IMG/VR virus record: IMGVR_UViG_3300017991_000052
Origin: a virus
DNA: 64,000 bases
Reading direction: 5' to 3' (one strand)
The position numbers were made by a program, and so were the translations under genes. Below the pieces are notes generated by a model, which saw only the letters and a list, made by a program, of their open reading frames with translations, was not told where the DNA came from and did no database searches. Below, in pieces: positions 58,966-64,000 of this stretch. Positions within the stretch are counted from its first letter, which is position 1. The number at the start of each line of letters is the position of its first letter.

Positions 58966-60450
58966 GTGGGATTTTCAAATGAAACAAAAGTAGATAAAAC
59001 GTGGAAGAATAGTTTAGATAAAGCATTAACTTCCACAAAAAAAGCATATTACGAAGAAGCTATTGGCGCTGCTAATATTCTTTTTGGTGATAGTGTTTGG
59101 GTATCTGATCTTCCAACTGATCCTAGTCAAGCTGTTACTCAGGGATTAGCAATACAATATGCTGATTTAACATTAACAGAAGATGTTACAGTTGAGAAAA
59201 AACAAGGTTGGTTAGCATGTGCAGTTGTTGATAATTTGGGAACAAGAATTAGAAATTGGATTCCTCCTAAATTTGGTGTTGGATATAATATAAGATTATA
59301 TGAAGATAATGGAGCTGGTAGTAAAGGTACTGAAATATTTACTGCTGATAATATAAATTGGTTATTTGATTACGGCAATGGAATTCTTTTTTTAGAAAAT
59401 CAACCAACAGGAAAAACAACTCCATTTCATATTTCTGGTTATGTATATACTGGATTAACTGCAACTTCAATATCTAGTGGAGCAAGTGGTCTTTCTATAG
59501 ATATTGCAAATCAATTATATTTACGCAGAGATGGAACAAATAATGCAATAGGAACTGTTCATTTTGATGCTTCAGGAACAGGCGTTGTAATTAATAATAA
59601 TTTAACAGTAAATAATATTCCATTTTATGATGATTCAAATACTCAATTAACAAATTTATTAGATGCAACTTCTATTGTCGGATCAATTAATGAATTAGCT
59701 TCAGGTGGAGATGACTATGGAGGAGAATATGTAAAAGAAGTAAATCCAGTAACAAGATTATCTAATACACAATTTAGATTAGAAGGCGATTTTACAAGTA
59801 GATATGTAAAAGATAGATTATTAAAAACAAAATATAATGGAACTCCTTATTATCATTTTGTAGAATCTTCAGTATTAAATAGTGGTTATACAACAGTTAC
59901 TATTAATAATACAGTTATTAATGGATGGTCACTTCTTCCAGCATCAATTGATTGGTTGGGATATTCAGTAATTGGTCTTTCTTCTGTTTATACAGGAGCA
60001 ATAAAAAATGGAACAATTATTGATGTTGATATTAATGAAGATGCACGTATTGATGATAAAAAAATATGGATAGGTGTATTTAATAAAAATTTTGAACAAG
60101 CAATTGCTGATGGTGATTTTGCAAGTTCAATAACTCAAGCTGCTTCAGCTGTAACTTTTTCTCCAACTGGTAATATACAATCTACTAATGTTCAAGATGC
60201 TATTGTTGAAGTTTCTTTACAACAACAACAAGGTGCAACATGGACAACTTATTCTGCTTCAGGTAATAATTCAACAGTAGATTTTATATTACCACATACA
60301 GTAGTACAAAACTCTGAAAATGTATTTCTTAATGGACTTTTAAGTTATCCAAGTGAACAATATGAAATACAAGGTGGTAATACGGTTCATTTTTATGAAC
60401 CACCCAGTTTTAACTGGAAAGTTTTTATAAAGTATCAATTCTATGCATGA
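58966..60450 (+). CDS. Virion structural protein
   Basis: W.FDY..GIL.L motif; C-terminal SENVF.NG..Y domain shared with 60467. Confidence 0.65.
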   Translation: MGFSNETKVDKTWKNSLDKALTSTKKAYYEEAIGAANILFGDSVWVSDLPTDPSQAVTQGLAIQYADLTLTEDVTVEKKQGWLACAVVDNLGTRIRNWIPPKFGVGYNIRLYEDNGAGSKGTEIFTADNINWLFDYGNGILFLENQPTGKTTPFHISGYVYTGLTATSISSGASGLSIDIANQLYLRRDGTNNAIGTVHFDASGTGVVINNNLTVNNIPFYDDSNTQLTNLLDATSIVGSINELASGGDDYGGEYVKEVNPVTRLSNTQFRLEGDFTSRYVKDRLLKTKYNGTPYYHFVESSVLNSGYTTVTINNTVINGWSLLPASIDWLGYSVIGLSSVYTGAIKNGTIIDVDINEDARIDDKKIWIGVFNKNFEQAIADGDFASSITQAASAVTFSPTGNIQSTNVQDAIVEVSLQQQQGATWTTYSASGNNSTVDFILPHTVVQNSENVFLNGLLSYPSEQYEIQGGNTVHFYEPPSFNWKVFIKYQFYA

Positions 60451-60466
60451 TTAGGGGGTGAAATAA

Positions 60467-61837
60467 ATGGCAATAATGCAAATTTTTGGGGGACAGATTA
60501 CCGATAGTGCGATTACATCGGGTAAAATAGCAGACGGACATGTTATAACTGATAAAATTGCTGATTTAAATGTTACTGAAGCGAAATTAGCAACTGATGC
60601 AGTTACAACAAACAAAATTACAGACCTTAATGTAACATTGGGCAAATTGGAAACTAACGTCCAAAATGTCCTTCCTACTTCAGATGAAAAAGCAGCGTTA
60701 ACTGGTCCATCGGGTTATACACCTAGTGCAAGTGACCCGTACGCGACACAAGATTATGTTGACAGTATAGTTGATACTACATCAGGTGCAATAACTCTAC
60801 AAACTGTTACAGATAATGGTAATTCAACAACAAATGGAATAACTGTTGACGGAAGTTCAACTTTTAATTCAGATTTACATGTTGAAGGGGATTTATACGT
60901 AACCGGAACTGAATACATCACTAATACGGAAATAATTTCAGGCGATCAGATTATCGCTGGTAAAATAGAAATTAATGGTGATTCTTATTTAGGTAATGAG
61001 AACACAGATACAGTCTTTGTATCAGGTGGAATGTATATCGGTGGTCAAGTCGACATGCAATCACACAAAGTTGTCAATTTGGCCAATGGTACAGTATCTG
61101 GTGATGCAGTAAACTATGGTCAGATGACAGGTGGTGACTCTTCAACTTTAAGTTCTGCACAATCTTACACAGACACTGCGTCTGGTAATTTAGCAACTTA
61201 TATTGATGTTAGAGATGCTTATGTTTTGGGTGAAGCTGAATCATATGCTGACGGTGTAGCTGCAACAGCAGAATCTAATGCAAATTCTTACACTGATACA
61301 GCATCTGGAAATCTCGCTTCATATATAGACGTAAGAGATGCATGGGTTTTAAGTCAAGCAGAATCTTATGCAGATGGAGTTGCAGCAACAGCTGAATCAA
61401 ATGCTAATGCATATACTGATACAGCTTCTGCAAATTTAGTTGCATATGTTGATCAACAAGTTGGTGCAAACAATGATCTAGAAGAAATTCTAGCTAATGG
61501 TAACAGTGCTGGAAGTTATGACATTGATATGAATGGTAATAAAGTTGTCAATGTGGGAACTCCAACGGCTTCAGGTGATGCGGCAACCAAAGACTATGTT
61601 GATAATGCTATAAGCGGTGCTGGTGGAACACCAACTCAAGATGGTTTCTCTGGAACAGGTTCTCAAACAGATTTCTCTTTGAGTCAAACACCGGTTTCAA
61701 ATAGCGAAAATGTATATGTCAATGGTATTAGGCAAAGACAAACAACTCACTATAGTATAACGGGAACTACATTATCATTTACAGATGCTCCAGATTCTGG
61801 TGCTCTAGTTGATGTTATGTATTCTTATTTAGCATAG
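60467..61837 (+). CDS. Modular fibre protein
   Basis: VT..KIAD repeats, GTEY module, YTDTASGNL coiled repeats, GNSAGSY repeat. Confidence 0.75.
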   Translation: MAIMQIFGGQITDSAITSGKIADGHVITDKIADLNVTEAKLATDAVTTNKITDLNVTLGKLETNVQNVLPTSDEKAALTGPSGYTPSASDPYATQDYVDSIVDTTSGAITLQTVTDNGNSTTNGITVDGSSTFNSDLHVEGDLYVTGTEYITNTEIISGDQIIAGKIEINGDSYLGNENTDTVFVSGGMYIGGQVDMQSHKVVNLANGTVSGDAVNYGQMTGGDSSTLSSAQSYTDTASGNLATYIDVRDAYVLGEAESYADGVAATAESNANSYTDTASGNLASYIDVRDAWVLSQAESYADGVAATAESNANAYTDTASANLVAYVDQQVGANNDLEEILANGNSAGSYDIDMNGNKVVNVGTPTASGDAATKDYVDNAISGAGGTPTQDGFSGTGSQTDFSLSQTPVSNSENVYVNGIRQRQTTHYSITGTTLSFTDAPDSGALVDVMYSYLA

Positions 61838-61846
61838 TAGTAATTT

Positions 61847-61880
61847 GAGGGGGTACTAACCCTACCCCCTCTTCATTTTA
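61847..61880 (+). terminator. Probable intrinsic terminator
   Basis: GAGGGGGTA-loop-TACCCCCTC then TTCATTTT. Confidence 0.6.
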
Positions 61881-61903
61881 AATTTAAGGGGATAAAGACG
61901 TAA

Positions 61904-62761
61904 ATGCCATTAATGGAAATAACTGGAGGACAAATCCAGGATTTTACAATAACTAATGCTGATATAGCAACTGGAGCAGCTGTAGAAGAAAGTAAACTTC
62001 TATTTGATCCCATTTCTGGACATGCACATGATGGCGAAGATAGTAAGCAACTGGTATTTACATCTTTATCTGATGCACCTTCAGCTTATGATAATCAATC
62101 AGGGAAAGTTGTTAAAGTAAATGCCGATGAAAATGCTCTTATTTTTGGTGATGAAGGATATTTTGAAAGACAAAGTAAAATTGGTTCTGAAGGAATTTCT
62201 AGCGAATATGGAGAAAGAACTACATTTACTTTTTCTGCAAGCGCAATGGTTGATGATTCTGTTCTTCTTGTTTTTGATAATGGATTATTAATGAGAGAAG
62301 GATACGATTATTTTCAAAATGGTGTTGGAGAAATAACTTTTGCTTCTTCACGTTCTTTAAGTTCAAAAATAGCTTTTGTATTTTTACAAACAATGCAATC
62401 TGTTGTTCATGAATTAGATTTTTATAATTTTTATGTAGATGAACTTCAACTTGCAGATAATCTTATTCAACAATTTATAGGATTTAATGGAACTGTAATA
62501 GAGGCAAGAGCAATTTTAAGTACTGCTGCTTCTGGTGCAAGTGGAGAAAGTTGTGCTGTAGATATTGATAATAATGGAACTGTAATTAAAGCATCTGGAG
62601 ACAATTATACATTTCCTCTTGTTTCTACAACACAAGTAGTAAAAACTTCTTTTGATTCTGGGGCAGAATTAATTGCAAATAATTTATTAACTTTAAATAT
62701 AAAAGAACTTGGTGGGACAGGAAGTAAATTAAAAGTAATTCTCAAAGTGAGGCGAACTTAA
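61904..62761 (+). CDS. Fibre/adaptor protein
   Basis: N-terminus like 60467; C-terminal domain paralogous to 39366. Confidence 0.7.
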   Translation: MPLMEITGGQIQDFTITNADIATGAAVEESKLLFDPISGHAHDGEDSKQLVFTSLSDAPSAYDNQSGKVVKVNADENALIFGDEGYFERQSKIGSEGISSEYGERTTFTFSASAMVDDSVLLVFDNGLLMREGYDYFQNGVGEITFASSRSLSSKIAFVFLQTMQSVVHELDFYNFYVDELQLADNLIQQFIGFNGTVIEARAILSTAASGASGESCAVDIDNNGTVIKASGDNYTFPLVSTTQVVKTSFDSGAELIANNLLTLNIKELGGTGSKLKVILKVRRT

Positions 62762-63705
62762 TGTCTAATGTTGCTTATGCTGAAATATTAGATGCAGAAT
62801 ATGGAACTGGTATGGATAAAGCAATAATAGTTTCTTCTGGCACAATAAATATTAAAGATATATATGAATTAGATGATTTAACTGGAGTTACTACATGGCG
62901 TGGAACAAACAAAGGGTTAAATTATGGTGTAGGAACTTATGATCCTAAAAATAGTAGCTATATAAATGCTACATCTTTTACTGTAAACAATGGTGCAATT
63001 ATTATTGCTGATGCATGGGCAGACGGCACAGACGACAGAAAAGGTGTTGTTTGGGTAATGTGTACTGAAACTTTTACTAATGCGGGCAACTTTAATATGG
63101 CAAATCTTGGTGGTTCAGGTGGAACACCGTCACAAAATGGAGTTGGTTCTGGCGGTGGTGGCGGAGGAGAATATTCTTGCGACCACATTCCTCAAGGTGG
63201 AGTTGGAGGAAGTTCTTACGGAACAACAGATATTTCTATTTCTACTTGGGCTGATATTTACGGTTCAGGTGGGGGTGGAGGTGCTCCTAGATGTGAAGGT
63301 CATTATGAAGGAGCAGGTGGCGGAGGCGGTGGTGGACGCAATGCTGGTGTTACTGGTGATAATGGATTTACTATTATAGGACCAGGTGGTGCTTCAGGTT
63401 CTTGGGGTAGAGTTGGCGGTGGAGCAATAAGAATATATGCAAGAATTTTTAGAAATACTGGAACTATGACAGTAAATGGACAAGATGGAACTTTTCAAGG
63501 TATTGCAGGACACGGTGGCGGTGGTGGTGGAACTATATTTATTAAAACTGCCGATGGAGATATTGGAATAAATAAGTTAACTGCTAAAGGTGGAATTGGT
63601 GGTTGGTCTGTTCCCACTGGGATAAAAGGTGGCGCAGGATCTGTAGGAAGAATTCATGTTGAAGGCAGATATATTGGTTCAACAAATGAACCTGCAATAG
63701 AGTAA
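62761..63705 (+). CDS. Glycine-rich adhesin-like protein, paralog 3
   Basis: Collinear with 40625. Confidence 0.7.
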   Translation: MSNVAYAEILDAEYGTGMDKAIIVSSGTINIKDIYELDDLTGVTTWRGTNKGLNYGVGTYDPKNSSYINATSFTVNNGAIIIADAWADGTDDRKGVVWVMCTETFTNAGNFNMANLGGSGGTPSQNGVGSGGGGGGEYSCDHIPQGGVGGSSYGTTDISISTWADIYGSGGGGGAPRCEGHYEGAGGGGGGGRNAGVTGDNGFTIIGPGGASGSWGRVGGGAIRIYARIFRNTGTMTVNGQDGTFQGIAGHGGGGGGTIFIKTADGDIGINKLTAKGGIGGWSVPTGIKGGAGSVGRIHVEGRYIGSTNEPAIE

Positions 63706-63720
63706 TTGGGAGTTAAATAA

Positions 63721-64000
63721 ATGTCGAATGAAACACAAATACAATTACATAATATAGAACAAGCATTAAACGGGGATTTTGCTGTAACAGGAAGTATTTC
63801 AACAAGTGGAGCTATTTTTCAAAATACCGTAACTCCCACAAATCCTAGTTCAGGTAGTATTAAATTATATTCAAAAGATGATAATAGATTATATTTTCTA
63901 CAACCAGATGGTACTGAATTACCTGTAGGTTCTGGAAGCGGAGTAGGAATGGCTGGTATTCTTGGAGAAGATATTCTTGCAGGTGAGCCAGTTTATCAAA
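63721..64000 (+). CDS. Partial fibre protein (3' truncated)
   Basis: ATG 63721; ends in GILGEDILAGEPVYQ, the start of the repeat seen in 42027. Confidence 0.7.
   Translation, partial: MSNETQIQLHNIEQALNGDFAVTGSISTSGAIFQNTVTPTNPSSGSIKLYSKDDNRLYFLQPDGTELPVGSGSGVGMAGILGEDILAGEPVYQ

Noticed and set aside
1693-63188. All minus-strand ORFs and short alternative-frame plus ORFs in the track
   Set aside because: They are shadows of coupled plus-strand genes, with F/S/L-rich composition and no SD or motifs
39366-64000. Diversity-generating retroelement or invertible shufflon
   Set aside because: No reverse transcriptase or recombinase, no adenine-specific TR/VR pair seen, all genes co-oriented; cannot exclude elements outside the window
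1-64000. tRNA, rRNA or CRISPR arrays
   Set aside because: Intergenic gaps are short and none shows cloverleaf or repeat-spacer structure by eye

Overview
The window is a single-strand (+) late or structural operon of a large, AT-rich contractile-tailed dsDNA phage (myovirus morphotype) using the standard genetic code. Gene order: cluster of small basic proteins, free-standing homing endonuclease, portal, MuF-like head protein, sigma70-domain protein, HK97-type prohead protease/scaffold, major capsid protein (MCP), neck genes interleaved with an FtsK-like ATPase and an ADP-ribosyltransferase-like gene, sheath, three tube paralogs, frameshifting tail chaperone, tape measure, baseplate, then about 25 kb of highly modular fibre/adhesin/kelch genes. 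The MCP is split by two group I introns (12815-13788 and 14049-15011), each with an endonuclease ORF; splicing restores a 314-aa HK97-fold MCP. Two observations stand out. (1) A candidate protease-processed virion-cargo system: unrelated proteins (sigma factor, ART-like, FtsK-like, GGPGSG proteins) share short N-terminal leaders (K[LI]PIxK or MT[IV]xKY...) ending in the same xK|(A/S/G/T) motif found at the MCP N-terminus. (2) A covarying three-way-junction RNA with a kissing loop covers the ribosome-binding site of three unrelated endonuclease genes. Terminase, tRNAs, CRISPR arrays and reverse transcriptase were not seen. All family calls come from motif recognition by eye; no searches were run.
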